In this document: in pieces, positions 48,233-63,541 of the stretch | Layout: every line of letters starts with the position of its first letter | Position numbering within the stretch: position 1 is the stretch's first letter | DNA from: an uncultured beta proteobacterium | GTDB taxonomy: Bacteria; Pseudomonadota; Gammaproteobacteria; Burkholderiales; Burkholderiaceae_C | NCBI GenBank assembly: GCA_963725755.1 | Contig: CAVRZW010000014.1 | Coordinates: 26,799-90,798, forward strand | DNA length: 64,000 nucleotides | Direction: 5' to 3' | The notes under the pieces: model-generated | What the model was told of the DNA's origin: nothing | The model's input: the letters and a program-made list of their open reading frames with translations, nothing else | Database searches by the model: none | Program-made: the position numbers and the translations under genes

Positions 48233-48943
48233 ATGAAATTGCGAGCAGTCATCTTCGACGCCTACGGCACGCTGTTCGACGTGCACAGCGTGGCCCTGCT
48301 CGCCGAGCAGCTCTTTGCGGGCCATGGCGAGCGGCTGTCGATGCTGTGGCGCGACAAGCAGATCGAGTATTCGCGCCTGGTCACGATGAGCGGGCGCCCG
48401 GGCGGGCAGGGCAGCGAGCATTACCGCCCGTTCTGGGAACTCACGCGTGCCGGCCTGCGCTATGCCGCCGAGCGGCTGGGCCTGGATCTGGGCGAGAGCG
48501 CCGAAGAGCGGCTGATGAACGAGTACCGGCACCTCAGCGCGTTTCCCGAGAACCGCGAGGTGCTGGCCGAACTCAAGCGCCGGCGCGTGCCGACCGCGAT
48601 CCTGAGCAACGGCGACCCCGAGATGCTCGACGTGGCGGTCAAGAGCGCGGGCTTCGGCGATCTGCTGCAGCACGTGATCAGCGTCCACCCCGTGCGCCGC
48701 TTCAAGACCGACCCCGCCGCCTACGCCCTCGGCCCGACCACGCTCGAGCTGCCGGCGCGCGAGATCCTGTTCGTCAGCAGCAACTGCTGGGACGCCATCG
48801 GCGCCACCTGGTACGGCTACACCACGCTGTGGGTCAACCGGGCCGGCCTGCCGCTGGACAAGCTCGACACCGAGCCCAGCCACACCGGCCGCAGCCTGCG
48901 CGACGTGCTGCCCCTGTTCCCGCAGCGATCCACCCCCGACTGA
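48233..48943 (+). CDS. haloacid dehalogenase type II (HAD superfamily)
   Basis: HAD motif I is VIFDAYGTLFD. The sequence also has WRDKQIEYS, ILSNGD and FVSSNCWD. Confidence 0.85.
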   Translation: MKLRAVIFDAYGTLFDVHSVALLAEQLFAGHGERLSMLWRDKQIEYSRLVTMSGRPGGQGSEHYRPFWELTRAGLRYAAERLGLDLGESAEERLMNEYRHLSAFPENREVLAELKRRRVPTAILSNGDPEMLDVAVKSAGFGDLLQHVISVHPVRRFKTDPAAYALGPTTLELPAREILFVSSNCWDAIGATWYGYTTLWVNRAGLPLDKLDTEPSHTGRSLRDVLPLFPQRSTPD

Positions 48944-48961
48944 CCACCGACCGAGCTCACC

Positions 48962-51169
48962 ATGCGCACCACCGTCCACAGCCTGCAAGTCGCCAGCGTC
49001 CTCCACCGCTTCATCGAAGACGAGGTGCTGCCCGGCACCGGCGTCGCAGCGGCCGCGTTCTGGGCCGGCTTCGACGCCATCGTGCGCGACCTGGCGCCGC
49101 GCAACGCCGCGCTGCTCGCCGAGCGCGACCGCCTGCAGGCCGAACTCGACGCCTGGCATGGCGCCCATCCGGGGCCGATCACCGACATGCCGGCCTACCG
49201 TGGCTTCCTCGAGCGCATCGGCTACCTGCAGCCGCAGCCGGCGCGCTCGCAGGCGACCACCGCCAACGTGGATGCCGAGCTGGCCACGCAGGCCGGCCCG
49301 CAGCTCGTCGTGCCCATCCTCAACGCCCGCTACGCGCTCAACGCCGCCAACGCGCGCTGGGGCTCGCTGTACGACGCGCTGTACGGCACCGACGCGATCG
49401 CCGAGGACGGCGGCGCCGAGCGCGGCGGCGCCTACAACCCGGTGCGCGGGGCACGGGTGATCGAGTTCGCGCGCCGCTTCCTCGACCAGGCGGCGCCGCT
49501 GGCCGAGGGCAGCCACCGCGACAGCATCGGCTACCGCATCGAACGCAGCGCCACCGGCGGCAGCCTGCAGGTGACGCTGGCCTCGGGCCGCGTCGTCGCC
49601 CTCGCCGACCCGTCGGCACTGGCGGGCTTCCAGGGCGACGCCGCCGCGCCTTCTTCGGTGCTGCTGTGTCACCACGGCCTGCACATCGACATCCGGATCG
49701 ACCGCACCACGGCAATCGGCAAGGCCGACCCGGCGGGGGTCAGCGACATCGTTCTCGAAGCCGCGCTGTCGACGATCCTCGACCTCGAGGACTCGGTCGC
49801 CGCGGTCGATGCCGACGACAAGGTGCTGGGCTACCGCAACTGGCTGGGCATCCTCCGCGGCACGCTGACCGAGGAGGTCAGCAAGGGCGGCAAGACCTTC
49901 ACCCGCGGCCTCAATCCCGATCGCCGCTACCACGCGCCCAGCGGCAGCGGCGAGGTGGTGCTGCACGGCCGCTCGCTGATGTTCCTGCGCAATGTCGGCC
50001 ACCTGATGACCAACCCCGCCGTGCTGTGGGACGGCGGCCGCCAGGAGATCCCCGAAGGCATCCTCGACGCCGTCGTCACGACCGCGATCGCGATGCACGA
50101 CCTGCAGCGCCACGGCGAGCATGGCATCGTCAACTCGCGCGCCGGCTCGGTCTACATCGTCAAGCCCAAGATGCACGGCCCGGCCGAGGTCGCCTTCGCC
50201 AGCGAGCTGTTCGGCCGCGTCGAGCAGCTGCTCGGCCTGCCCGACAGCACGGTCAAGCTCGGCATCATGGACGAGGAGCGCCGCACCAGCGTCAACCTGG
50301 CGGCCTGCATCGCCGCCGCCGCCAGCCGCGTGGCCTTCATCAACACCGGCTTCCTCGACCGCACCGGCGACGAGATGCACAGCGCGATGCGCGCCGGGGC
50401 CATGCGCCGCAAGGGCGACATGAAGAGCAGCGAATGGATCGCCGCCTACGAGCGCAACAACGTGCTGGTGGGCCTGGCCTGCGGCCTGCGCGGCAAGGCG
50501 CAGATCGGCAAGGGCATGTGGGCGATGCCCGACCTGATGGCGGCGATGCTCGAGCAGAAGATCGCCCACCCGCGCGCCGGCGCCAACACCGCCTGGGTGC
50601 CCAGCCCGACGGCGGCCACGCTGCACGCGCTGCATTACCACCAGGTCGACGTCGCCGCGGTCCAGGCCGAGATGGAGAAGACCGATATCGCCGGCCAGCG
50701 CGATGCACTGCTCACCGGCCTGCTGACGGTGCCGGTGGTGGCCCTGGCGAGCTGGACCGCGGCCGAGCGCCAGGAGGAGCTGGACAACAACGCGCAGGGC
50801 ATCCTCGGCTATGTCGTGCGCTGGATCGACCAGGGCGTGGGCTGCTCCAAGGTGCCCGACATCCACAACGTCGGCCTGATGGAAGACCGCGCGACGCTGC
50901 GCATCAGCAGCCAGCACATCGCCAACTGGCTGCTGCACGGCGTGGTGACGGCCGAGCAGGTGCACGCGACGTTCCGGCGCATGGCGGCCATCGTCGACCG
51001 GCAGAACGCGGGCGATCCGCTGTACAAGCCGATGGCGGGGAACTGGGAGACCAGTTTCGCCTACCGCGCGGCGCTCGACCTCGTGTTCAAGGGCATCGAG
51101 CAACCCAGCGGCTACACCGAGCCGCTGCTGCACGCGTGGCGGCTCAGGGTCAAGGCGGCCCGGGGCTGA
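48962..51169 (+). CDS. glcB: malate synthase G
   Basis: The 735-aa protein has [30 protein letters not shown] and [15 protein letters not shown], characteristic of GlcB. Confidence 0.95.
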   Translation: MRTTVHSLQVASVLHRFIEDEVLPGTGVAAAAFWAGFDAIVRDLAPRNAALLAERDRLQAELDAWHGAHPGPITDMPAYRGFLERIGYLQPQPARSQATTANVDAELATQAGPQLVVPILNARYALNAANARWGSLYDALYGTDAIAEDGGAERGGAYNPVRGARVIEFARRFLDQAAPLAEGSHRDSIGYRIERSATGGSLQVTLASGRVVALADPSALAGFQGDAAAPSSVLLCHHGLHIDIRIDRTTAIGKADPAGVSDIVLEAALSTILDLEDSVAAVDADDKVLGYRNWLGILRGTLTEEVSKGGKTFTRGLNPDRRYHAPSGSGEVVLHGRSLMFLRNVGHLMTNPAVLWDGGRQEIPEGILDAVVTTAIAMHDLQRHGEHGIVNSRAGSVYIVKPKMHGPAEVAFASELFGRVEQLLGLPDSTVKLGIMDEERRTSVNLAACIAAAASRVAFINTGFLDRTGDEMHSAMRAGAMRRKGDMKSSEWIAAYERNNVLVGLACGLRGKAQIGKGMWAMPDLMAAMLEQKIAHPRAGANTAWVPSPTAATLHALHYHQVDVAAVQAEMEKTDIAGQRDALLTGLLTVPVVALASWTAAERQEELDNNAQGILGYVVRWIDQGVGCSKVPDIHNVGLMEDRATLRISSQHIANWLLHGVVTAEQVHATFRRMAAIVDRQNAGDPLYKPMAGNWETSFAYRAALDLVFKGIEQPSGYTEPLLHAWRLRVKAARG

Positions 51170-51187
51170 TGACGTGGGGGCCGACCG

Positions 51188-51685
51188 ATGACGAGCCCCG
51201 ATCGCTGGCACCCCAGCGTCACCGTCGCCGCCATCGTCGAGCAAGGCGGGCGCTACCTGCTGGTCGAGGAGCACACGCCGGAAGGCCTGAAGTTCAACAA
51301 CCCGGCCGGTCACCTCGACCCCGGCGAGTCGCTGCTGCAGGCCGTCGTGCGCGAGACGCTGGAAGAGACCGCCCGCGATTTCACGCCGACGGCGCTGGTC
51401 GGTGCGTACCTGTCGCGTTTCGTCCGTCCGCACGGCGGTGAGGACGTGACCTACCTGCGCTTCGCGTTCTGCGGCACGGTGGGCGAGCCATTGGCGGGTC
51501 GGCGGCTCGACGACGGCATCGTGCGCACGCTCTGGCTGACCCCCGACGAGATGCGCGCCAGCGCCGCACGCCACCGCAGCCCACTGGTGCTGCGCTGCCT
51601 GGAAGATCACCTGGCCGGGCGCCGGTTTCCGCTCGAGCTGCTGACCGCGGACGCCAGCATCTTCGCGCCCGACAGCGGGCGCTGA
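51188..51685 (+). CDS. NUDIX hydrolase
   Basis: The Nudix box is GHLDPGESLLQAVVRETLEETA. Confidence 0.8.
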   Translation: MTSPDRWHPSVTVAAIVEQGGRYLLVEEHTPEGLKFNNPAGHLDPGESLLQAVVRETLEETARDFTPTALVGAYLSRFVRPHGGEDVTYLRFAFCGTVGEPLAGRRLDDGIVRTLWLTPDEMRASAARHRSPLVLRCLEDHLAGRRFPLELLTADASIFAPDSGR

Positions 51686-51763
51686 AACCGGGTCGCAGCG
51701 GCCGCGCCTGCCCGCGCCCCGACACGGTGCTGCAACCCTCCTCGGGGTATCCTCGGCGGCACC

Positions 51764-52192
51764 ATGAGCAACACCGCCATCGCCCCTTTCCACCTCGCGT
51801 TCCCGGTCACCGACCTGGCGCGCACACGCGAGTTCTACGGCAACGTGCTGGGCTGCCCCGAGGGCCGCAGCAGCAGCGAATGGATCGATTTCGACCTCTT
51901 CGGCCACCAGATCGTGGCCCACCTCGCGCCGCCCAGCACCGCCAGCGACCACCACAACGAGGTCGACGGCCACGAAGTGCCGGTGCCGCATTTCGGCGTC
52001 GTCCTCGACTGGGACGACTTCCAGGCCCTCGCCGCGCGCCTGCGCGAGCACGGATTGAAGTTCGTGATCGAGCCCTACATCCGCTTCGCGGGCCTGGTGG
52101 GCGAGCAGGCGACGATGTTCTTCCGCGACCCGTCGGGCAACGCGCTGGAGTTCAAGTCGTTCCGCGACCGCTCGCAGCTCTTCGCCAAGTGA
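51764..52192 (+). CDS. VOC (glyoxalase/bleomycin-resistance/dioxygenase) family protein
   Basis: The 142-aa protein has [22 protein letters not shown] and [12 protein letters not shown]. Confidence 0.8.
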   Translation: MSNTAIAPFHLAFPVTDLARTREFYGNVLGCPEGRSSSEWIDFDLFGHQIVAHLAPPSTASDHHNEVDGHEVPVPHFGVVLDWDDFQALAARLREHGLKFVIEPYIRFAGLVGEQATMFFRDPSGNALEFKSFRDRSQLFAK

Positions 52193-52228
52193 TCTTCGCC
52201 CAGTGACCTCGCCAGGCAGGGCCGCCGC

Positions 52229-52852
52229 GTGACCGAACTGCTCTTCATCCGCCACGGCCAGACCGACTGGAACCTGCAGCAGCGCTTCCAGGGCCATATC
52301 GACGTGCCGCTCAACGCCGCCGGCGTGATGCAGGCCGAGCGCCTGGCCGCGCGTCTGGCGACCGAGCCGGCGCAGGCCTTCTTCTGCAGCGACCTGCTGC
52401 GCGCAAGACAGACCGCGGCGCCGCTGGCGGCCAGCTGGGGCATCGCACCGGTGGCGATGGCCGGGTTGCGCGAGCAGAACTTCGGCGTCCTCGAAGGGCT
52501 GGATGCCGCCGGCGTGCAGTCGCGCCACCCCGAGTTGTGGCTGCGCTGGCAGGAACAGCAGGCCGACTACGCGCTGCCCGGCGGCGAGAGCGTGCGCCAG
52601 TTCCACGCCCGCGTGGTCGCCGCCGTCAACGAACTGGCCGCCGCGCATGTCGGCCAGCGGGTGGTGGTGGTCACCCACGGCGGCGTGCTCGACATGCTCT
52701 GGCGCACCGCGCAGGGCCTGCCGCTGGAGGGTCAGCGGGCCTGCGCGATCCCCAACACCGGCATCAACCGCCTGCGCTGGGCCGGCGGGGCGCTGAAGGT
52801 CGAGGTCTGGGCCGACGACGCCCACACGGCCGACCTCGCGCCGCGCGTCTGA
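52229..52852 (+). CDS. histidine phosphatase family protein (phosphoglycerate-mutase-like)
   Basis: The start is GTG. The catalytic motif is LLFIRHGQTDWN, with a downstream VVVVTHGGVL. Confidence 0.85.
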   Translation: MTELLFIRHGQTDWNLQQRFQGHIDVPLNAAGVMQAERLAARLATEPAQAFFCSDLLRARQTAAPLAASWGIAPVAMAGLREQNFGVLEGLDAAGVQSRHPELWLRWQEQQADYALPGGESVRQFHARVVAAVNELAAAHVGQRVVVVTHGGVLDMLWRTAQGLPLEGQRACAIPNTGINRLRWAGGALKVEVWADDAHTADLAPRV

Positions 52853-52882
52853 CTTCGGGCCCGGCGCCGCGGCGGCGGCGGC

Positions 52883-54382
52883 TCAGTGCCAGCGCAGCGC
52901 CGCCAGGTCGTTGACGAACAGCGGCATGTCCCTCCACAAGCCCGTGAGCCTGGCGTTGGCCACCGTGATCCAGGTCGGCTGGTAGAGGAAGACGGCCACC
53001 GCGTCGTGCGCCACCAGTCGCTGCGCCTCGGCCAGCAGCTTGTTGCGCTCGGCGGGCTGGATCGTGGCCTGGATGCGCGCCCACAGCGCGTCGAACTCGG
53101 CCGACCGGTAGCCCCAGTAATAGTCGGGGCGCGCGAAGTTGCCGAAGTCCAGCGGCTCGACATGCGAGACCATGGTCAGGTCGTAGGCCTTCTGCGCATA
53201 GACGCCGCTGAGCCATTGCGCCCATTCGACGTTTTCGATCTTCGCCTCGATGCCCACCTTGGCCAGCATGGCGGCGATGACCTCGCCGCCCTGGCGCGCA
53301 TAGGGCGTCGGCGGCAGCTTCATCGTCAGTACCAGCGGCAGCGTCACGCCGGCTTCGTGCAGCAGCGCCCGCGCCTTGGCCGGGTCATAGGGGTTGATCG
53401 CGGTCGTGTCGACATAGCCCGGCGCGCCGGGAACGTAGAAGCTGCCGATGGGCACCCCGAAACCGTCGGCCGCGGCTTCGATCACCGCCTTGCGGTCGAT
53501 CGCCGCGGCGATTGCCCGGCGCACGCGCACGTCGTCCAGCGGCTTGCGCTGGTTGTTGATCGCCAGGATGGTCTTCGCGCGCGATCCGCCCACCAGCACC
53601 TGGAAGCGCGGGTTGCCCTGGAACTGCTTGAGGCTGCGCGCCACCGCGGCGCGCGGGAAGGCATCGACGTCACCCGCGAGCAGCGCCGCGACCTGCGCCG
53701 ACGGATCGCCGATGAAGCGGATCGTCACCCGGTGCAACGCGACCTTCCTGGCGTCGCGCCAGCCGTCCCAGCGCGCCAGCGTGATCGAGGCCCCGCGGGC
53801 CCAGCTCTCCAGCCGGTAGGGGCCGGTGCCCACCGGCTGCGTGGCATCGGTCGGTGCACTCTTGGGCTCCAGGATCACCGCCGTGGCCTGGCCGAGCTGG
53901 AACAGCAGGTCGGGGTTGCCGTTCTTCAGGTGCAGCACCACGGTGTCGGCATCGGGCGTCTCGATGCGCTCGATGTTGGCGAACACCGCCTTGTCCTTGT
54001 TGACGCTGTCCTTGGCCGCGGCGCGCTCGAAGCTGAACCTGACATCGGCCGACGAGAACGGCTCGCCGTTCTGGAACCGCACGCCGCGCCTCAGGTGGAA
54101 GGTCCATTCGCGCAGGTCGGGCGAAACGCTCCAGCGCTCGGCCAGCAGCGGCGAGGTACCGCCGTCGCTGCCGACCTTGGTCAGCGTCTCGTAGATGTTG
54201 TACAGCGTGACCTCGGCGATCGCCGAGGCGGCGTTGGTCGTGGGGTCGAGCACCGTCGGCTCCAGGGTCATCCCGAGCACGGCGCTGTCCTTGCGTGGCT
54301 GGGCATGGGCCCATGGCGCGGCGACCGTCAGGACGGCGGCCAAGCAGGCCGCCGCTGCGGCGGTGAAACGAGAACGGTTCAT
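52883..54382 (-). CDS. ABC transporter substrate-binding protein, family 5 (peptide/nickel type)
   Basis: The signal peptide is MNRSRFTAAAAACLAAVLTVAAPWAHA. LAERWSVSPDLREWTFHLRRGVRFQNGEPF is typical of SBP_bac_5. No cognate permease or ATPase genes are adjacent. Confidence 0.85.
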   Translation of the reverse strand: MNRSRFTAAAAACLAAVLTVAAPWAHAQPRKDSAVLGMTLEPTVLDPTTNAASAIAEVTLYNIYETLTKVGSDGGTSPLLAERWSVSPDLREWTFHLRRGVRFQNGEPFSSADVRFSFERAAAKDSVNKDKAVFANIERIETPDADTVVLHLKNGNPDLLFQLGQATAVILEPKSAPTDATQPVGTGPYRLESWARGASITLARWDGWRDARKVALHRVTIRFIGDPSAQVAALLAGDVDAFPRAAVARSLKQFQGNPRFQVLVGGSRAKTILAINNQRKPLDDVRVRRAIAAAIDRKAVIEAAADGFGVPIGSFYVPGAPGYVDTTAINPYDPAKARALLHEAGVTLPLVLTMKLPPTPYARQGGEVIAAMLAKVGIEAKIENVEWAQWLSGVYAQKAYDLTMVSHVEPLDFGNFARPDYYWGYRSAEFDALWARIQATIQPAERNKLLAEAQRLVAHDAVAVFLYQPTWITVANARLTGLWRDMPLFVNDLAALRWH

Positions 54383-54475
54383 GAGCAAGCCTCCATCGGA
54401 GGCCGGCATGGTAGGGCAAGCCGCGGCACGCGAGGCCTCGGCGACGGTTTCAACCCCGCGGCGCGGCAGCCGCCG

Positions 54476-54916
54476 TCACTTCAGGCGCGCGCCCAGGCTG
54501 TCGAACACCTGCACCTCCACCGCGATCGCCGGCGCCACGCTCTGGGTGACGGTGCAATAGGCCTCGAAGCCCCCGAGCACGCGGTCCAGATGGGCCAGCG
54601 ACGCGGCCGGCGCGCCCAGCGTCAGCACGACCTTCAACGACAGCACGCGCAGCCGCCCCTCGGCGTTGCGCCCGACCTCGGGCTCGACCGTGGTCTGCAG
54701 CGGCTCGGCCGCCAGCTTGAACTTGCGCAGCGCGAACACCAGCGAAGCCGACAGGCAGTTGCCCACCGCGGCGCCCAGCAGCTGCACCGGCGTCGGCCCC
54801 GCACCCTGCCCCAGCGGTGGACCTTCGTCGGTCTGCAGCGCGGGCAGCCCGGCGCCGAAGCCGACCTCGAACCGATAGTCCTGTTGTTGCTGCAGTGAGA
54901 TGGGGTGCTCGCTCAT
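54476..54916 (-). CDS. OsmC/Ohr family peroxiredoxin-like protein
   Basis: The 146-aa protein has the two conserved Cys contexts VGNCLSAS and FEAYCTVT. Confidence 0.85.
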   Translation of the reverse strand: MSEHPISLQQQQDYRFEVGFGAGLPALQTDEGPPLGQGAGPTPVQLLGAAVGNCLSASLVFALRKFKLAAEPLQTTVEPEVGRNAEGRLRVLSLKVVLTLGAPAASLAHLDRVLGGFEAYCTVTQSVAPAIAVEVQVFDSLGARLK

Positions 54917-55060
54917 CGTGTGTCCTTCAGGTGCGCGGACGATGCCTGCCCGCGATTGCCGATCGCCGAGGTGCGCCTCGAATGGACGCCGGTCGGCTGC
55001 GCCCAGGCCACGGCAAGCACCGAGTCAGCCGATGCGGGGCCGCGCCTGCGCTGCTGCAAG

Positions 55061-55540
55061 CTAAAAGGGGATGTCGTCGTCCATGTCGTCGAAGCCGGTG
55101 CTCGACTTGGCGGCCGGCTTGGGCGCCGCGGCCGTACGTGCCGGCGGCGCGCTGCGCGGGGCCGGGGCGGCGCCCATGTCGTCACCGGCGCTGCCGCCGC
55201 CGCCGTCGCGGCTGCCGAGCAGTTGCATGTCGGTGGCGACGATCTCGGTCGTGTACTTCTCGACGCCGTCCTTGTCGGTCCATTTGCGCGTCTTCAGCCG
55301 ACCTTCGACATAGACCGGGCGGCCCTTCTTGAGGTACTCGCCGGCGATCTCGGCCATGCGGTCGAAGAAGACGACGCGGTGCCACTCGGTCTCTTCCTGG
55401 CGCTCGCCGCTGGTCTTGTCCTTCCATTGCCGGCTGGTGGCGATGGTGACGTTGCAGATCGCCGAGCCACTGGGCATGTAGCGCACCTCGGGATCCTTGC
55501 CGAGATTGCCGACGATGATGACTTTGTTGACTGAGGCCAT
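55061..55540 (-). CDS. ssb: single-stranded DNA-binding protein
   Basis: [25 protein letters not shown] forms the OB fold. It is followed by a Gly/Pro-rich linker and the acidic tail DDDIPF. Confidence 0.97.
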   Translation of the reverse strand: MASVNKVIIVGNLGKDPEVRYMPSGSAICNVTIATSRQWKDKTSGERQEETEWHRVVFFDRMAEIAGEYLKKGRPVYVEGRLKTRKWTDKDGVEKYTTEIVATDMQLLGSRDGGGGSAGDDMGAAPAPRSAPPARTAAAPKPAAKSSTGFDDMDDDIPF

Positions 55541-55717
55541 GGGCTGCTCCGACAGGGCGTGGGTGAGGCTGGGTTCGGTTCATTATCGCGCCGCGTTCCG
55601 CGATCGCCATCGCTCTGCGGTGTCACCCGGACGGGGTCGCCCGCGGGCAGGCACCCGCCGATGCGCCCCGCGGCAGCCGCCCCGGCGTGACCGGCTCGCG
55701 TAGGATCGACACCGCCC

Positions 55718-57682
<1,965 letters not shown>

Positions 57683-57755
57683 GGCGCCCGGGCAGGCCGC
57701 AGGTGGCGCGCCGGGGGCGCGTCGTTATGATGTCCGGTTGCCCACCGAAGCCATC

Positions 57756-60719
<2,964 letters not shown>

Positions 60720-60769
60720 ACGGCTGCGCCCGGCGGCACCTGACCTAGCACCGGCGCGGCCGGGCCATC

Positions 60770-60793
60770 GAAAAGGGGCCCCGCGGGGCCCCT
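60770..60793 (-). terminator. intrinsic terminator downstream of the SWIB gene (also after uvrA)
   Basis: The stem-loop is AGGGGCC-CCGCGG-GGCCCCT. On the minus strand it is followed by TTTTC. It lies between the uvrA stop (60719) and the SWIB stop (60817). Confidence 0.6.
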
Positions 60794-60816
60794 GTCAATT
60801 CACAGCGCGCGACGCC

Positions 60817-61215
60817 TCACTTGAGGTGCTTGCTGATTTCCTTGGTCATGCCGAACATGCTGATCGGGCTGATGCCGACCACCGCCTTGAGCTTGGCGTC
60901 GGCGTTGATCATCGTCCGCTTCAGCTTGTCCTGCAGGCTGTTCTTCTTGATGTACTCCCAGACCTTCTTCGTCACCTCGGTGCGCGGCAGCGGCTTGTCG
61001 CCGATGATCGCGGCCAGGGCGGCGCTCGGGGTCAGCGGCTTCATGAACGCCGCGCTCGGGGTGCGCTTCTTGGCCGGGGCCTTCTTCGCCGCCGCCTTCT
61101 TGGCCGGGGCTGCCTTCTTCGCGGGGGCCGCCTTCTTGGCCGGGGCCGCCTTTTTCGCGGCCGCCTTCTTGGCCGGAGCGGCCTTCTTCGCAGGTGCCTT
61201 CTTCGCAGTTGCCAT
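60817..61215 (-). CDS. SWIB/MDM2-domain protein with a histone-H1-like AKKA-repeat N-terminus
   Basis: The N-terminus is MATAKKAPAKKAAPAKKAAAKKAAPAKKAAPAKKAAPAKKAAAKKAPAKK. The SWIB core follows: LPRTEVTKKVWEYIKKNSLQD...MFGMTKEISKHL. Confidence 0.8.
   Translation of the reverse strand: MATAKKAPAKKAAPAKKAAAKKAAPAKKAAPAKKAAPAKKAAAKKAPAKKRTPSAAFMKPLTPSAALAAIIGDKPLPRTEVTKKVWEYIKKNSLQDKLKRTMINADAKLKAVVGISPISMFGMTKEISKHLK
61066..61206. repeat. imperfect 15/18-nt tandem repeats encoding (P)AKKAA units
   Basis: CTTCTTGGCCGGGGC / CTTCTTCGCCGCCGC-type units are repeated about 8 times within the SWIB gene's 5' region. Confidence 0.8.
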
Positions 61216-61384
61216 GTGGATGTTCTCCGTCAGTTGATGAGGGATGCCGTTGCCCTCGCAAGCCTCGTCGAGCGGGCCTGTCTTTCCCAGGTAACGAGCA
61301 GGGCGGATGGTAATCCTTGGTCGCTGCACTGAGAAGCGATTTTCATAGGTGGAAGCAGCTTCCGCGCCACGTTATGCTCACGCC

Positions 61385-61744
61385 ATGAAGATCATCGTGC
61401 GCTGGATACTGCTCGCCGCCGCCCTTCTGCTGGTGGCGCAGCTCTACTCCGGGGTCAGCGTGGCCAGCTTCGGCTCGGCCCTGATCGCGGCCCTCGTGCT
61501 CGGCCTGTTGAACACCCTCGTCAGGCCCTTGCTGGTGCTGCTGACGCTGCCGGTGACGCTGATCACGCTGGGCTTGTTCCTGTTCGTGATCAACGCGCTG
61601 ATGTTCTGGACCGCGGGGTCGGTGCTGGCCGGGTTCCACGTCGCCGGCTTCGGCGCAGCGCTGATCGGCTCGCTGCTGTACAGCCTGTGCGGCATGGTGA
61701 TCGACATCGCGGTCGAGCGCGTCTTCAGCGGCGGCGCGGCCTGA
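61385..61744 (+). CDS. DUF360 / phage-holin-4_2 family small membrane protein
   Basis: The 119-aa protein has four hydrophobic helices and the family-typical LNTLVRPLLVLLTLPVTLITLGLFLFVINAL. Confidence 0.7.
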   Translation: MKIIVRWILLAAALLLVAQLYSGVSVASFGSALIAALVLGLLNTLVRPLLVLLTLPVTLITLGLFLFVINALMFWTAGSVLAGFHVAGFGAALIGSLLYSLCGMVIDIAVERVFSGGAA

Positions 61745-61804
61745 GCAGCGCGGCTCCGGAACCCTCTGCGGTCCGGGCTGAAGCCGCGCCACGGCGGCGC
61801 GGCA

Positions 61805-63508
61805 TTACCGCAGGGGTTGCTCCTGGTCGCGGCCTTCGGCGCGCGCTTCCAGTGCGAGCTGTCGACGCTGGGCCATGAGCTGGCGCATGCGGGCGTCGAT
61901 GATCGAGGCCTCGATGAAATCCTGCCCCGCCGCCGTGCGCGACGCGGCCTGGGCAGCGCGCAGGCGGTCCACGGCACCGAGCAGGTCGCCGACGGCGGCG
62001 CGCGCTTCGGCCGCGGCGCGCATCGAGCGCAGCTTGAGCCCCAGCGCGTCGCTGGTGCGGGCGAGCAGGTCCCAGGCCAGCGGGTCCTGCGGCCGTTCGG
62101 CGACCCAGGTCTGCAAGGCTTCGGTGCTCGCGCGCAACGCTGGCGTGCCGGCATCGGGGTCGTGCCGCCATGTGTCCAGCGTCGCCTGCGCGCGCAGCAG
62201 CAGAGCCGGCCGCTCGCTGTCGCCCTTGACCAGCGGCGGCAGCGCGTCCAGGGCCTGCAGGGCGGCCGCCGGCTTGCCGCCGGCCAGCCGCACCTCGGCC
62301 AGCAGCAGGCCCAGGGTGCGCTCGGCGCGCGGCTCGCGGTGCGGCAGCGCAAGGGCCAGCTGCAGCGCCTGCGTGGCCTTCTGGTCGGCCCGGGCATGGT
62401 CGTCGAGCTTGGACGCCGCCAGCGCCTCGCTGTAGAGCAAGGCGATGCCTTCGGTGCCCGGCGGCGCAGCGGGGTCGGCGCGCAGCGGCGCGGTGCTGGC
62501 GCCGCTCAGGCGCTGCAACGCCTGCGAGCCGGTGGCCATCAGCACGCGGGAGCGCGCGGCCATCAGCGCATGCTCCAGGGTCGGAAGGTCCGGCGCGCGG
62601 TCGCTCAGCATCGTGCGGTTGCGCGCCTCGGCGATGCGTTCGGTGGTCACCGGGTGGTCGCGCAGGTAGGGGAAGCTGCTGTCGTCGCTCAGGCGCATCG
62701 ACAGCTGCAGCTTCTCGAACATCTCGGCCATGCTTGCAGGCGCATAGCCGGCAGCCACCAGCACGCCGAAGCCGACGCGGTCGGCTTCCTGCTCGAAGCC
62801 GCGCGTGTAGTTGATGCCGCTCTGGATCGCCATGCCCTGGCTGCCGGCGATCGCAGCGTTGGCCACGTCGACGTTGTTGGTGCGCGCGCCGACGAAGATG
62901 CCGAGCAGCATCGCGACGATGGCTTCCATCGAGGCCCGCCTCTGCGGCGCGATGCCGCGCGCGATGTGCCGCTGCGTCACGTGCGACAGCTCGTGCGCGA
63001 GCACCGAGGCGAGCTGGTCGGCGGTGGCGGTGATGGCGATCATCCCCAGGTGCACGCCGATGTAGCCGCCGGGCAGCGCAAAGGCATTGACGCTGGGGTC
63101 GCGCACCAGGAAGGGCTCCCAGGCGAAGGCATGGTCGGTGTCGGCATCGATGTTGCCGAGCCTGCGCGCCGCAGCCACCAGCGGCCGGAACACCGACTCC
63201 AGGTAGGCGGTGAGCACCGGGTCGTCGAGGTATTGGGGGTCGCGCCGGATGTCGCGCATGATCTCTTCGCCGACGCGGCGCTCGGTGCCGATGCTCAGGT
63301 CCTGCGATGCACTCTCGCCCAGGGATGGCAAGCGCACCTGCGCCTGCGCCGGCATCTGCCAACCCGTCAGCGTCATCAGGCACGCGAGCGTGGCGGCAAG
63401 CAGGCGGCGCAAGCGAGGCAGGGATAGAGGGTTCAAGGCAGGGCTCGGTCGGGCGGCGATTTCGAGATTGGAGTCGCGGCCGGCGGCCACGTTCCGCCTG
63501 GCTATCAT
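61805..63508 (-). CDS. M48-family zinc metalloprotease with C-terminal TPR-like domain (BepA/YfgC-like)
   Basis: The zinc motif is [13 protein letters not shown] (HExxH). The sequence also has [15 protein letters not shown] and EQEADRVG, followed by a helical-repeat C-terminus. ATG 63508 has AAGGCGG upstream. The alternative TTG 63436 would give a shorter signal peptide. Confidence 0.85.
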   Translation of the reverse strand: MIARRNVAAGRDSNLEIAARPSPALNPLSLPRLRRLLAATLACLMTLTGWQMPAQAQVRLPSLGESASQDLSIGTERRVGEEIMRDIRRDPQYLDDPVLTAYLESVFRPLVAAARRLGNIDADTDHAFAWEPFLVRDPSVNAFALPGGYIGVHLGMIAITATADQLASVLAHELSHVTQRHIARGIAPQRRASMEAIVAMLLGIFVGARTNNVDVANAAIAGSQGMAIQSGINYTRGFEQEADRVGFGVLVAAGYAPASMAEMFEKLQLSMRLSDDSSFPYLRDHPVTTERIAEARNRTMLSDRAPDLPTLEHALMAARSRVLMATGSQALQRLSGASTAPLRADPAAPPGTEGIALLYSEALAASKLDDHARADQKATQALQLALALPHREPRAERTLGLLLAEVRLAGGKPAAALQALDALPPLVKGDSERPALLLRAQATLDTWRHDPDAGTPALRASTEALQTWVAERPQDPLAWDLLARTSDALGLKLRSMRAAAEARAAVGDLLGAVDRLRAAQAASRTAAGQDFIEASIIDARMRQLMAQRRQLALEARAEGRDQEQPLR

Positions 63509-63541
63509 GACACCGCCTTGTTGCTGGATGTGAACCGCCCC

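Noticed and set aside
47162-52825. A 1887-aa ORF on the minus strand spanning the LysR-to-phosphatase region.
   Set aside because: It is a shadow ORF typical of about 70% GC DNA. The translation is Arg/Ala/Gly/Pro-rich with no recognisable motifs. It lies antisense to six strongly recognisable plus-strand genes (HAD, glcB, NUDIX, VOC, histidine phosphatase) and overlaps the real minus-strand LysR gene in another frame.
61385-61744. A phage-holin-family gene as evidence of a prophage or lysis cassette.
   Set aside because: It is a lone DUF360-type membrane protein. No endolysin, spanin, integrase, structural genes or att-like repeats are nearby. This family is a common chromosomal housekeeping gene.
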